Source: an uncultured Flavobacteriaceae bacterium (lineage in GTDB: Bacteria; Bacteroidota; Bacteroidia; NS11-12g; UBA955). Taken from it: a DNA stretch of 43,888 nucleotides. The position numbers and the translations under genes were made by a program. The stretch is from contig CAYSIK010000001.1 in assembly GCA_964431045.1 (NCBI GenBank), forward strand, positions 1-43,888. The letters run 5' to 3'. The notes beneath the pieces are model-generated. The model did not search any database and was not told the origin of the DNA. It saw only the letters and a program-made list of their open reading frames with translations. How positions within the stretch are numbered: position 1 is the stretch's first letter; each line of letters opens with the position of its first letter. Positions 1 through 8,944 of this stretch are shown in pieces.

Positions 1-417
1 CTGTTGTCGTTTCAAGAAGTCTACAGTGGTTTTGCTGGCCAGCAGGCTTTTGTCTTTGACCCGCACATACACCCACCACTTGCCATCTTCGTCTTTCGCA
101 TAGTAAGGCTTATCGCTCCCATCCGGCACTTTCACCTCCAGTAATGTTTTGCCTTCTGCCTCGTGCTCTATGATTTCGATTTCCAGCTCCGGACGACAGT
201 AAAAGTGAGCCGCCATATCAAGCATATATTTTTCGTCTTCGCTGCGCACACCACACAGTGTTCTGTTGTCGCGAACCCCCATCAGCAAAACCCCACCGCG
301 GGTATTGGCAAAACTGACCATCGTTTTGGCAATTTTGGCGGCACTGCTGACAGATTGCTTGAAGTCGAGGGTAGTCCCTTCGCCTTCCTTGAGGTATTTG
401 CGCAATGCGGGGTTCAT
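1..417 (-). CDS. AlbA_2 / Schlafen-like 'putative DNA-binding domain' protein, N-terminal 139 codons only (3' end lies beyond the left edge)
   Basis: Absent from the ORF track because it is open at the window edge. Hand translation from ATG 417..415 gives MNPALRKYLKEGEGTTLDFKQSVSSAAKIAKTMVSFANTRGGVLLMGVRDNRTLCGVRSEDEKYMLDMAAHFY... This fits the E-x-LxFK ... IAKTxxxFANTxGGxLxxGVxD pattern of AlbA_2 domains. Its ATG overlaps the TGA of the upstream M16 gene (ATGA). Confidence 0.6.
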   Translation of the reverse strand, partial: MNPALRKYLKEGEGTTLDFKQSVSSAAKIAKTMVSFANTRGGVLLMGVRDNRTLCGVRSEDEKYMLDMAAHFYCRPELEIEIIEHEAEGKTLLEVKVPDGSDKPYYAKDEDGKWWVYVRVKDKSLLASKTTVDFLKRQQ

Positions 418-1649
418 TCCGGGAGAAATGTGCGGTAACTAAACCGATCTTCCTGTAAAATTTCATTGGCCACATCCAGAATATCGGCAGCTGATATTTT
501 TTCGATTTTCCGAATAACCTCCTCCAGGGTTTCCGCCCGGCCATGCCTTAAAATGCCTTTGCCTATGTGCACGAGCAGGCTGCTTCGGTTTTCATCTGCC
601 ATCACAATCTGTCCCTGAAACTGATTCTTTGCAGCAGAGAGCTGGCGTATACCCAACTTTACTTCCCGCAGTTTTTTCAGTTCTTTTTGAATCAGTTCCG
701 TGCTTTTTTGCACATACCGCGCATCACAACTCAGGTAACAATGAAACAGTCCTGCGTCCTTGTAGGATTGATAACCGCTTTCGACGTGGTAGGTATAGCC
801 GTATTTTTCGCGTATGCCGAGGTTTAACCTGCTGTTCAGGCCCGGGCCACCCAACAGGTTGTTTAAAAGCAACAGGGGCCATCTTTTGGGGTGATTTTCG
901 GGGTATGCCGGTATACCCATAATGGTATAGGCACCGCTAAAATCGGTTTTTTCCGTCACGGCAGAAGATTTGTAATCAAGAGAAAAGGTTTGTTTATCCT
1001 GGGCGGTTCTGTTTTGAATGTCCGGCATAAAACGTTCGGCGAAATGAATGGCCTTTTCCGCAGAAATATTACCTACCACCACAAATACCATATTGTCCGG
1101 GGTATAGTGTTTTTCTGTGAAGTGAATTATGTCTTTGCGGTCAATATTCTTCAGTGAATCAATGCTGCCCAGAATGTTATGTGCCAGCGGATGCGATCCA
1201 AACACCTGCTCCTGAAACTCATCGTAGATGTTTTCATCCGGGGTATCCAGGTACATGCTGATCTCATCGGCTATGACCTTTTTTTCCTTGGTCAATTCGG
1301 CCTGGGGAATATGGCTGTTGAAGGTTACATCACAAAGTATATCTACCGCACGCGCATAATGACGCGCCTGCGCTGTTGCGTAGATGGCGGTCAGTTCTTT
1401 GGTGGTAAAGGCGTTCATTTCTCCGCCCACCACTTCCAGGCAATTGAGCACATGGATGGTTTTACGGCGGTGTGTTCCTTTAAAAAGCATGTGTTCCAGG
1501 CAGTGGGCAAGACCCGGCTGCTCTCCGTCATTTCGGCTACCCGCTCCAATAACAAAGCCGCAATGCACAAGGCGTGTACCGGCAACCCGTTTATGAGCCA
1601 GCCTCATTCCGGAGGAAAGCGTATGAAGGGCGTAATCGGGCTGTTTCAT
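414..1649 (-). CDS. M16 family (insulinase/pitrilysin-like) zinc peptidase
   Basis: 411-aa ORF with the inverted zinc motif HxxEH (LAHCLEHMLFKG) near the N-terminus. Length and layout are typical of an M16B subunit. Confidence 0.85.
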   Translation of the reverse strand: MKQPDYALHTLSSGMRLAHKRVAGTRLVHCGFVIGAGSRNDGEQPGLAHCLEHMLFKGTHRRKTIHVLNCLEVVGGEMNAFTTKELTAIYATAQARHYARAVDILCDVTFNSHIPQAELTKEKKVIADEISMYLDTPDENIYDEFQEQVFGSHPLAHNILGSIDSLKNIDRKDIIHFTEKHYTPDNMVFVVVGNISAEKAIHFAERFMPDIQNRTAQDKQTFSLDYKSSAVTEKTDFSGAYTIMGIPAYPENHPKRWPLLLLNNLLGGPGLNSRLNLGIREKYGYTYHVESGYQSYKDAGLFHCYLSCDARYVQKSTELIQKELKKLREVKLGIRQLSAAKNQFQGQIVMADENRSSLLVHIGKGILRHGRAETLEEVIRKIEKISAADILDVANEILQEDRFSYRTFLPE

Positions 1650-1653
1650 GTTA

Positions 1654-1661
1654 CAAAGGTA
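1654..1661 (-). promoter_or_regulatory. Bacteroidota -7 box (TACCTTTG on the minus strand) upstream of the M16 gene
   Basis: The plus strand reads caaaggta, which is TAnnTTTG on the minus strand, 4 nt upstream of ATG 1649. Such a short or absent leader is common in this phylum. Confidence 0.35.
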
Positions 1662-1674
1662 GGGCTATAAAACA

Positions 1675-1699
1675 GTCATGCCGGACAAGCCGGCATGAC
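1675..1699 (-). terminator. Intrinsic terminator hairpin downstream of the large T9SS surface protein gene
   Basis: Perfect 10-bp GC-rich stem gtcatgccgg / ccggcatgac with a 5-nt loop. On the minus strand a T-rich stretch (ctgtttta) follows. It lies 22 nt past the stop at 1721. Confidence 0.6.
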
Positions 1700-1720
1700 C
1701 ATTGAAAAACAGAAAACAAA

Positions 1721-4700
1721 CTATTTTACCATCAGCTTATCGCTGAAGCTGCCTTTGTGGGTTTGAATGGTAACACCATATACACCCACAGGAAGAATTA
1801 CATTCAGTTGAGCACGGTTTGCATTGGGAGTAAGCTGCATAACCTGCTTTCCATTTGCGGCATAAACCTCGATTCGCTGTATTACATCCGAAGATTTGAA
1901 ATACACTGCGCCTGAGGCCGGATTGGGGAACATACGAATATCTCCCAGCGCAAGACTGCGTGTAGCAGAAGCTTCATTATCCTTGATAACCAGCGTAAGC
2001 ACAGAGTCTTTGCCGGCTTCACCGGGACCGTTTACATTGCGTATTCCAAACTTTAGGGTTTGCTGACCATCAGACTCATTATCATCGCTGATGTTGGCTT
2101 TTCCGGAGAAGTAGCTGTTGTTTTTCAGCACATTGATGGTACGACCGGTGAAGTCATAATCGCGTGGTGAGGTTGCAGTTCCTCCGATGGCGGCCACTGT
2201 GAAGCTGAAATTTTCTTCTGTAGGCAGCACTTCCAGTTCAAAACGGAAACTGTCGGCCAGTTCTGTGATGGTATCGGCAGTTTTGATGAAGTTAATTTTA
2301 GGCAGGGTGGCTTTCACAATATCGCCCAGGTTTCTGGGTGTAAGCATGTAACGGGCTGTGAAAGGAGAAGTATTGTCAAACTGCTGCCCAACACCGGTAA
2401 TATTGAGGTAACCCTGTGGAGCAGGTGTCCCGTCCAGTTCGGTTTCTGCATCGATATTCAGGGAATCTACAGTACCATCGGTATACTGATAACGAACATA
2501 CTTAAATCCATTGGCGGCAAGAGCGGAAGTTGGCCATTCAGCGGGGTCCACCAGTTTTACCCTGCGCACCTGAACCATTTTGCTTTCCAGATTTTCAGTC
2601 ATGTCGTTTACTATGGAAGGAGCGGGTGTAGTGCGGTTTCCGGCGATAAGAATTATGGTGTCCAGCAAATCCATCTGCACGGTACCCCAAAACTGACGAA
2701 CGGTTCCCTGAACCATCACTGAATCACCGATTTTGGGTGAATATCCGAAATTGCGGTTTGAAGCAAACACTGCAATTCCACCGGTGTTGTCGTTCATCAC
2801 AAAATTCAGACCCGGCGTGTTTCTGAGGTTGCCTGTGAGCACGGTTCCCATCACACGGCATTTCACATTCAGTGAATCAGCAGTCTGATTGGCATTCTTC
2901 TGGGTGTTTACCGTACCGATTGGATACAAAGGCAGATCATCACTGGTAATGGTTACCACAAAGGTATCAGGCTTCAATATTTTGGCATTGGAAAGATTTT
3001 CTATGACAAAAAATACTTTTTCTGCCGGTTCAAAGTCGCTATCGTTTATGATGGGTACTTTGAAGGTAATGGTATCGGGAGTAAACTCATCGATGGTGGT
3101 AATTTTTGCTGAGCCGAAGGTGTAATCGCTACCATCCGTGGCCGTTGATATGGAAGACACATCGCGAAGCGTAAAGTCAGCCGACGCATCAGAGCGGGAT
3201 GCTACCACTACCTTCACCATAAACTCGGATGATTTTTCGGAAACAGCCTGGGCTGTTCCGGCAAACTTAATCTGCGCCGGACCATCATTATCAGTCATTA
3301 CCAGGGTAAACAGAGAATCTGCAAGGGTGGCAACACCTGTAAGTTGACGAACGCAGAGTGTTACTGTGTCGTTTGCATCAATTTTGAATTCGTCAGTGAT
3401 TTTGGCAAAAATGGTAACACTGTCAGGGCCTGTGGTTTTACCCAATGTGAATGTTGAATCAGTGGTACTTACACCCAATGAGAACTCCCCGGGAATAAGG
3501 GTACTGTCACCTTTGGATTTTACGAACAAACGAATTTTGCTGTTGGTGGTAACCGCTTTATCCAGTTTGATTTTAACCCCCACTTTCAGTGCATTTTCTT
3601 TCACTGTAATTTTGGTAGGGCCAAGTATCAGGTTGGGAATATCATCATCCTTCACATTAACGGTGTGGGCCACTTCGGTTCCAATCACACAGTTGGACGC
3701 CTGATCCAGTCTAAAAACAATGGTTTCGGTATTTTCGGAAGTATTGTCATTGATCAGGGTAATTTTGGTAGTATCGGAGGTCTGGGCGCCCGGGGTGAAT
3801 GTGATGGTTTTGGGCTCTGTTACGGTGTAGTCGGTGTTTTTTACCGCATCACCGCCTGCCAGATATATACGAACAGACTGATTGGCGTCGTTGCTGTATT
3901 TGCGGGTCACATACACCTGGGTGGTGCCTGCATTTTCGGTGGTTGTTGAATTTCTGGCCCAAAATTCCACCAGAGGAGACGTGAGGGCCGCATCATCCAG
4001 ACCCAGTCCTACCGGGGTAAGTCCTCCCTTTGGATTAACCGTATTTTTGGCCTTAGGCCCCCAAATACCATCTGCGTCGGTATTGGCATAGAGTTCAACG
4101 CCTGTTTTGAAATCATAACTCACCACGCGGCGAATGCCCTTGCTGTTGGTATTTGGCATCACAGCTCCCCAGTTTCCGGTTTTGGCATTCACACTGTCTG
4201 TGTAAAAGGTGGCGCTGCTGGCCACAGTTATTCCTTCAGATTCGGCATATGTGAGGGACAAAGGACGGTCCAACCCTATTACGTCGTCATAGGTAGCTAC
4301 GAAGTTGCGGGCTTTTGTCATGCTTTTACCCCAAAGTGCGGTACAGAAACTATCCCCCGAGTTTGAAGTATTGGAAAAACCCAGCACCCTTACCGAATCG
4401 TCGCAATACATACGATAGGTTGTGGGTGTGATTCCACCGCGGGCAGTTATGCCAAAATAAACATGTTTTCCGGGAACAAAACGGGTGGCGTTGGCCGTGT
4501 ACACAAAACCAAACCAGCCTTCATAAGCACCGGTTTTGTCTGTGTAGAAGGTATCAATAGCTGCACTGGTGGTCCAGGCAACGGAACCCGGTGAATTGTA
4601 TTTAAAACCATTTGTATCCACCAGCATAGCATTTCCGGCACCTGCAAAATCGGTTGAAAGCGCCAAGTCTGAGGCTATCATACCACGCGTTGTGTACTGA

Positions 4701-4876
4701 TATAAAGTGCTGGGATCCAAGCCTACAATCCGGAGTCTGCACATCACGGGCAGGCGTGTAGAACCTCCCGAACCCATATATTTGGGCACAATGATACCCT
4801 GCACTCTGGTGGATGAATACTGTGCCGACAACTGCAACATTGCAGTCAGCAGCATAAATAAAGTAAATTTTTTCAT
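1721..4876 (-). CDS. Large secreted Calx-beta-repeat cell-surface protein with a T9SS C-terminal sorting domain
   Basis: The ORF is trimmed to ATG 4876, which gives MKKFTLFMLLTAMLQLSAQ, a signal peptide. Repeated Calx-beta-like ends are present (VKDDDIP, MTDNDGP, ITSDDLP, VIKDNEA). The C-terminus FPNPASGAVYF...GVYGVTIQT...KLMVK is typical of a Por/T9SS CTD. Confidence 0.75.
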   Translation of the reverse strand: MKKFTLFMLLTAMLQLSAQYSSTRVQGIIVPKYMGSGGSTRLPVMCRLRIVGLDPSTLYQYTTRGMIASDLALSTDFAGAGNAMLVDTNGFKYNSPGSVAWTTSAAIDTFYTDKTGAYEGWFGFVYTANATRFVPGKHVYFGITARGGITPTTYRMYCDDSVRVLGFSNTSNSGDSFCTALWGKSMTKARNFVATYDDVIGLDRPLSLTYAESEGITVASSATFYTDSVNAKTGNWGAVMPNTNSKGIRRVVSYDFKTGVELYANTDADGIWGPKAKNTVNPKGGLTPVGLGLDDAALTSPLVEFWARNSTTTENAGTTQVYVTRKYSNDANQSVRIYLAGGDAVKNTDYTVTEPKTITFTPGAQTSDTTKITLINDNTSENTETIVFRLDQASNCVIGTEVAHTVNVKDDDIPNLILGPTKITVKENALKVGVKIKLDKAVTTNSKIRLFVKSKGDSTLIPGEFSLGVSTTDSTFTLGKTTGPDSVTIFAKITDEFKIDANDTVTLCVRQLTGVATLADSLFTLVMTDNDGPAQIKFAGTAQAVSEKSSEFMVKVVVASRSDASADFTLRDVSSISTATDGSDYTFGSAKITTIDEFTPDTITFKVPIINDSDFEPAEKVFFVIENLSNAKILKPDTFVVTITSDDLPLYPIGTVNTQKNANQTADSLNVKCRVMGTVLTGNLRNTPGLNFVMNDNTGGIAVFASNRNFGYSPKIGDSVMVQGTVRQFWGTVQMDLLDTIILIAGNRTTPAPSIVNDMTENLESKMVQVRRVKLVDPAEWPTSALAANGFKYVRYQYTDGTVDSLNIDAETELDGTPAPQGYLNITGVGQQFDNTSPFTARYMLTPRNLGDIVKATLPKINFIKTADTITELADSFRFELEVLPTEENFSFTVAAIGGTATSPRDYDFTGRTINVLKNNSYFSGKANISDDNESDGQQTLKFGIRNVNGPGEAGKDSVLTLVIKDNEASATRSLALGDIRMFPNPASGAVYFKSSDVIQRIEVYAANGKQVMQLTPNANRAQLNVILPVGVYGVTIQTHKGSFSDKLMVK

Positions 4877-4893
4877 GGTTAATGGAAGAGACG

Positions 4894-4901
4894 CAAAAAT
4901 A
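4894..4901 (-). promoter_or_regulatory. -7 box TATTTTTG (minus strand) for the T9SS surface protein gene
   Basis: The plus strand reads caaaaata, which is TATTTTTG on the minus strand, 17 nt upstream of ATG 4876. The same octamer recurs at 11310, 41481 and 43875. Confidence 0.45.
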
Positions 4902-4948
4902 CCTAAAAACACGTCAAATACCAATATTTAATGGGTGATAGTACGGTG

Positions 4949-5653
4949 TTATTCTCTTGCGTATGCAATGGTATGAACATCAACACGTTGTGCACCGGCA
5001 TTCAGCAGCGCTCTTACACAGGCTTCAAGGGTTGCACCGGTGGTAACCACATCATCCACCAGCATAATGCTTTTCCCTTTCACCATTTCCGTATTTTTTA
5101 CAATAAAAACTTCCTCTACGTTCTTCCAGCGCTCCCACCGTGATTTTCGCGTTTGGGTTTGGGTGTAGGTCTTTCGATGCAAGGACAGAACATTTACCGA
5201 AATTGACAGATACGCACTTATACCCTCGGCAAACGCCTCGCTCTGGTTGTAGCCGCGTTGTTTTTGCTTGCGCCTGTGCAAGGGCACAGGAATGATACAA
5301 TCGGCCGGAACCAAGCCTGACTGCCTGAGCTCCTGCGCATACATATTTCCCATCCAGACAGCAAGATCGCGGTTTTCCCTGTACTTAATTTCGTGCAAAA
5401 GCTGCCGTGTAATTCCACCGCTTCTAAACACCAAAAATGCCCCTGCCTGACCCACAGGTATGCGGCCGCGAAACACATTAAAAACAGGATTTTCGTGCGG
5501 GTTTATCAAGCGCGCCCGGGGCAGTTTTCGCAGGCAATGCACACACAGCAATTTTTCGGATTTTACCAGTGCCAGACGGCAAAGTACACAAACTTCAGGA
5601 TAGAAAAGCCGGTGGATACTACGCAGGAAATACCGTACCGAACCATACTTCAT
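4949..5653 (-). CDS. comF: ComF family protein (phosphoribosyltransferase-domain protein)
   Basis: N-terminal Cys pairs (CVLC...CVHC) form a zinc-finger-like region. The C-terminal PRPP-binding loop is IMLVDDVVTTGATLEA. Confidence 0.8.
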   Translation of the reverse strand: MKYGSVRYFLRSIHRLFYPEVCVLCRLALVKSEKLLCVHCLRKLPRARLINPHENPVFNVFRGRIPVGQAGAFLVFRSGGITRQLLHEIKYRENRDLAVWMGNMYAQELRQSGLVPADCIIPVPLHRRKQKQRGYNQSEAFAEGISAYLSISVNVLSLHRKTYTQTQTRKSRWERWKNVEEVFIVKNTEMVKGKSIMLVDDVVTTGATLEACVRALLNAGAQRVDVHTIAYARE

Positions 5654-5724
5654 TCAACGAATATAATCTATTTTAATGACATTTCCAAATTATCCGCAAT
5701 TAGATGAACTTTGCAGCATAGAAG

Positions 5725-7518
5725 ATGGAGCGCAGAGACATTCCCAAACAAAAAATCAGCAAGGATGCGATCCGCAAATCCTTGCGGCTATTTGGCCTTA
5801 TGCCGGCTTCGGACAGATGGCTGCTGGCCCTGGGAACGTTGTTTCTGGCGATGACAGCGGGAACTGCATTGCTTTTCCCGGATCTGCTGGGCCGAATGGT
5901 GGATGCCTACTCCGACGTAAATAAACTGCAGGAAACCGCCAAGGCTTTTCTTTATCTGTTTGTGGCACAGGCTTTATTTTCCTTTCTGCGAATCGGGTTG
6001 TACGTGCGTGTTGCCGAAAACCTGACGGCTGCACTGCGAAACAGGCTGTACAAATCTGTACTGCAGCAAAATATGGATTTCTTTCACCAAAACCGCACAG
6101 GGGATTTGCTGAGTCGTTTCACAGCGGATATCGGGCAAATTCAAGACACGTTTACCAGCAATTTGGCTATGTTTTTACGCCAGCTGATGGTCATTCTGGG
6201 CGGCATCGTATATCTGTTTTTTACCAGCAACACCCTGTCATTGTATATGCTTGGAACTATCCCTGTGGTGGTGGTGGTCTCTTTGTTTTTCGGACGTTTT
6301 ATCCGAAAAATCGGGAAGCAGGTTCAGGAGCTTACCGGTAAAAACAGCGTAATTGCTGAAGAGACCTTTACCGGAATACAGAATGTGAAGGCTTTTACAA
6401 ACGAGGCGTATGAGATTCAACGCTACGGGCAGGATGTGGAAGAGCTTCGCAAAAAGAGCATTTACCGCGGTCTGATGCGGGGTGCATTCAGCAGTTTTAT
6501 CATTGTCTGCTTGTTTGGCAGTATTGTATGGCTCATATTTCTCGGATTGGGTATGGTCAGATCGGGCGAAATGGCATTGGGCGAACTCATCAGTTTCATG
6601 TTCTTCACCGGTTTTATTGGCGGCAGTATTGGCGGTATGGCTGAGCAATTTGTGCAGATTCAGAAAACACTGGGTGCCGTGGAGCGGGTGCTGGACCTCA
6701 TCGAAAAGCCAACGGAGGCATTGCAGACCGAGACGGAAGCAACTTCGGTTCAAGGGACGGTAGCATTTGAAAATGTCTCCTTTTGTTATCCCGGCAGGCC
6801 TGATTTTAGGGTGCTGGACAATGTTTCCATACAGGTTCCGGAAGGAAAAACCCTGGCCATTGTTGGCCCCAGCGGTGCAGGCAAAAGCACCATTATAAAC
6901 CTGCTCTATCGTTTCTATGAACCGGATTCAGGCCGCATAACGCTTGGAGGCAAACCCATTGCAGATATGGGTTTGTACGAATGCAGAAAAAAGCTGGCGC
7001 TGGTTCCGCAGGAGATATTGCTTTTTGGAGGCAGTATTTATGACAATATTCTCTACGGCAACCCCGAAGCCGGACAGGATGCGGTTTACAAGGCAGCACA
7101 AATGGCCAATGCACACGATTTTATATCGGCATTTCCGGAAGGCTATGAAACCATTGTAGGCGACCGCGGCATAAAGCTTAGCGGTGGGCAGCGACAGCGT
7201 ATCGCCATTGCGCGGGCCATGCTGAGAAACCCACAGCTTCTTATTCTCGATGAGGCTACCAGCAGTCTGGATACAGAAAGTGAACAACAGGTGCAATCGG
7301 CCCTGAAAACCCTGATGAAAGGTCGCACCAGCATAGTAATTGCACACAGGCTAAGCACCATACGGCATGCTGACACCATAGTGGTACTGAAACAAGGTAA
7401 AATACTTGAACAAGGCAGCCACGATACCCTCATGGAAATGGATGGTGGTTATTACCGAAAAATGGTGGAACGGCAACAGGACCATACCGATTTTATCAAT
7501 CACCAGGAAAACCCGTAA
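5725..7518 (+). CDS. ABC transporter, fused permease/ATP-binding protein (MsbA-like exporter)
   Basis: Hydrophobic N-terminal half. Walker A GPSGAGKST, signature LSGGQRQR, Walker B LLILDEATS and H-loop AHRLST are all present. Confidence 0.9.
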   Translation: MERRDIPKQKISKDAIRKSLRLFGLMPASDRWLLALGTLFLAMTAGTALLFPDLLGRMVDAYSDVNKLQETAKAFLYLFVAQALFSFLRIGLYVRVAENLTAALRNRLYKSVLQQNMDFFHQNRTGDLLSRFTADIGQIQDTFTSNLAMFLRQLMVILGGIVYLFFTSNTLSLYMLGTIPVVVVVSLFFGRFIRKIGKQVQELTGKNSVIAEETFTGIQNVKAFTNEAYEIQRYGQDVEELRKKSIYRGLMRGAFSSFIIVCLFGSIVWLIFLGLGMVRSGEMALGELISFMFFTGFIGGSIGGMAEQFVQIQKTLGAVERVLDLIEKPTEALQTETEATSVQGTVAFENVSFCYPGRPDFRVLDNVSIQVPEGKTLAIVGPSGAGKSTIINLLYRFYEPDSGRITLGGKPIADMGLYECRKKLALVPQEILLFGGSIYDNILYGNPEAGQDAVYKAAQMANAHDFISAFPEGYETIVGDRGIKLSGGQRQRIAIARAMLRNPQLLILDEATSSLDTESEQQVQSALKTLMKGRTSIVIAHRLSTIRHADTIVVLKQGKILEQGSHDTLMEMDGGYYRKMVERQQDHTDFINHQENP

Positions 7519-7522
7519 TCCC

Positions 7523-8257
7523 GTGTGGAAAGCCCTGAAAAGATTTGCCTGGTTCTGGCTGAAAAGCCCACAGCGAAAACTGCTGGGTTACGGCACCATC
7601 ATAACAGACCTTAAGGGTGTGTGTGGGCTGGGATTTGGGCAGAAAAGCAGGGAAACCATCTGGGTGTGTGTGGGGCTGAAGGACCGCTCAGAAAACCTAA
7701 AAAGGCTGGTGACAAACCTCCAACAAATCAATAGGAACGGTGCTTTTGCCTTATCGATTTACGATCAGGGCAGTGCCGATGCCGAAAATTTGTTTGCATG
7801 GCTAAAGGAAAACTGGAAAAGCGAACTGATCTGGAATAGCCATCCTGCAGACTTTACGAGGGCCTCGGCTTTTAACAAGGCCATAGAGCAGGCAAAAGGA
7901 GACTTGGTTTTTGCTTGCGATGCAGACATGACGCTGCCTGAAAATCTGGAACAGCGCATTCGGCAGTATGTGAGGCCGGGCAGTGGCTGGTTTCCTGTTT
8001 GTCAAAGCCAGATTGGAGCTGAAAGCCCAGATTGGAAATGGCTGAGTGCAGGAACCGGATTGGTCGCCGGGCATAAAAAGTGGCATGCCAAGGCTTTGTT
8101 TTACGATGAAAAATTCCGAAGCTGGGGTGGAGAAGACTGGGATATGTTTTTTCGGTTTTACCGCAGCAGCCTTATGCCTTTGCGCACGCGCTGTGAAGGC
8201 CTTTACCACCACTGGCATCCGTCGCTGAGGCCGGAGGATTACGAGAACTTGTTTTAG
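7523..8257 (+). CDS. Glycosyltransferase (GT2 / beta-4-GalT-like C-terminal motif); start uncertain
   Basis: DxD motif in LVFACDADMTLPE and WGGEDWDMFFRF, a Glyco_transf_7C-like motif. The track start is TTG 7406, which overlaps the ABC gene by 113 nt. GTG 7523, just after the ABC stop, is a more plausible start. A further in-frame GTG near 7616 is also possible. Confidence 0.55.
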   Translation: MWKALKRFAWFWLKSPQRKLLGYGTIITDLKGVCGLGFGQKSRETIWVCVGLKDRSENLKRLVTNLQQINRNGAFALSIYDQGSADAENLFAWLKENWKSELIWNSHPADFTRASAFNKAIEQAKGDLVFACDADMTLPENLEQRIRQYVRPGSGWFPVCQSQIGAESPDWKWLSAGTGLVAGHKKWHAKALFYDEKFRSWGGEDWDMFFRFYRSSLMPLRTRCEGLYHHWHPSLRPEDYENLF

Positions 8258-8311
8258 TGTATGTTCAACACTTCAGTTAGAAGTGAGAAGTTATGAGTCA
8301 GGAGTTAGCTC

Positions 8312-8944
8312 CTAGCCGCGCCAGCCTTGCGGATTTTTTGCAAAATCAAGAACGGGCTGCAATTTTTCGGCGGGTAAAAATCCTTCATTTACGGCCACTT
8401 CGCACAAAGTTGGAAAATTGCTGATGGTATAGAAAGGAATATGGGCTTCCCTGAAACGTTGTTCAGCGTCCGGAAAACCATAGGTAAACAATGCCAGCAA
8501 GCCCACCACTTCACCACCGGCTTCCCGAACAGCATCGGCGGCCTGCAGGCTGCTTTTTCCGGTGCTGATAAGATCTTCGATCAACACCACCTTATCGCCC
8601 GGCTGCATTTTCCCTTCAATCTGGTTCTTCAGTCCGTGCTTTTTTGGCTCGGGGCGAACGTAGCAATAGGGCATATCCAGCACATCCGCTGCCAGCGCGC
8701 CGTGGGCAATGCCCGCCGTGGCGATTCCGGCAAGCAGACCGGCTTCAGGAAAATGCGTTTTGGTCATCGCGGCCAGTTCATTTTTTACTAGGTTTCTAAC
8801 CTCCGGAAATGACAATACCATGCGATTGTCGCAGTAAATGGGAGATTGGATTCCTGATGTCCACGTGAAGGGATGGTCAGGATTGAGTTTAACAGCGTGA
8901 ATTTCCAAAAGAAATTTTGCTAACTTTGCAGCTCTTTGGTCCAT
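8312..8944 (-). CDS. pyrE: Orotate phosphoribosyltransferase
   Basis: 210 aa. N-terminus FLLEIHAVKLNPDHPFTWTSGIQSPIYCDNR and PRPP loop VVLIEDLISTGKSS. Confidence 0.9.
   Translation of the reverse strand: MDQRAAKLAKFLLEIHAVKLNPDHPFTWTSGIQSPIYCDNRMVLSFPEVRNLVKNELAAMTKTHFPEAGLLAGIATAGIAHGALAADVLDMPYCYVRPEPKKHGLKNQIEGKMQPGDKVVLIEDLISTGKSSLQAADAVREAGGEVVGLLALFTYGFPDAEQRFREAHIPFYTISNFPTLCEVAVNEGFLPAEKLQPVLDFAKNPQGWRG
8921..8928 (+). promoter_or_regulatory. -7 box TAACTTTG for the NUDIX gene, lying inside the first codons of pyrE
   Basis: TAnnTTTG match 14 nt upstream of ATG 8943. Confidence 0.4.

Noticed and set aside
163-544. Track ORFs 163..438 (+, 91 aa) and 218..544 (-, 108 aa) as genes
   Set aside because: Both overlap better-supported reading frames: the edge-open AlbA_2 ORF at 1..417 (-) and the end of the M16 gene. 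Their translations are low-complexity and Arg/Cys/Gln-rich, with no motifs.
6238-6753. Antisense 'shadow' ORFs inside well-supported genes. Examples: 6238..6753 (-), 9749..10402 (+), 12683..13207 (-), 15219..15689 (+), 23204..23818 (-), 38233..38775 (+), 43161..43682 (-)
   Set aside because: Each lies wholly within a gene with clear family motifs on the other strand, has a biased composition, and shows no signal peptide or domain signature. This is typical of open antisense frames in ~50% GC DNA.
7406-7522. TTG start at 7406 for the glycosyltransferase, giving a 113-nt overlap with the ABC transporter
   Set aside because: The extension is read out of frame through the conserved ABC C-terminus. 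GTG 7523, immediately after the ABC stop, gives a normal gene junction.
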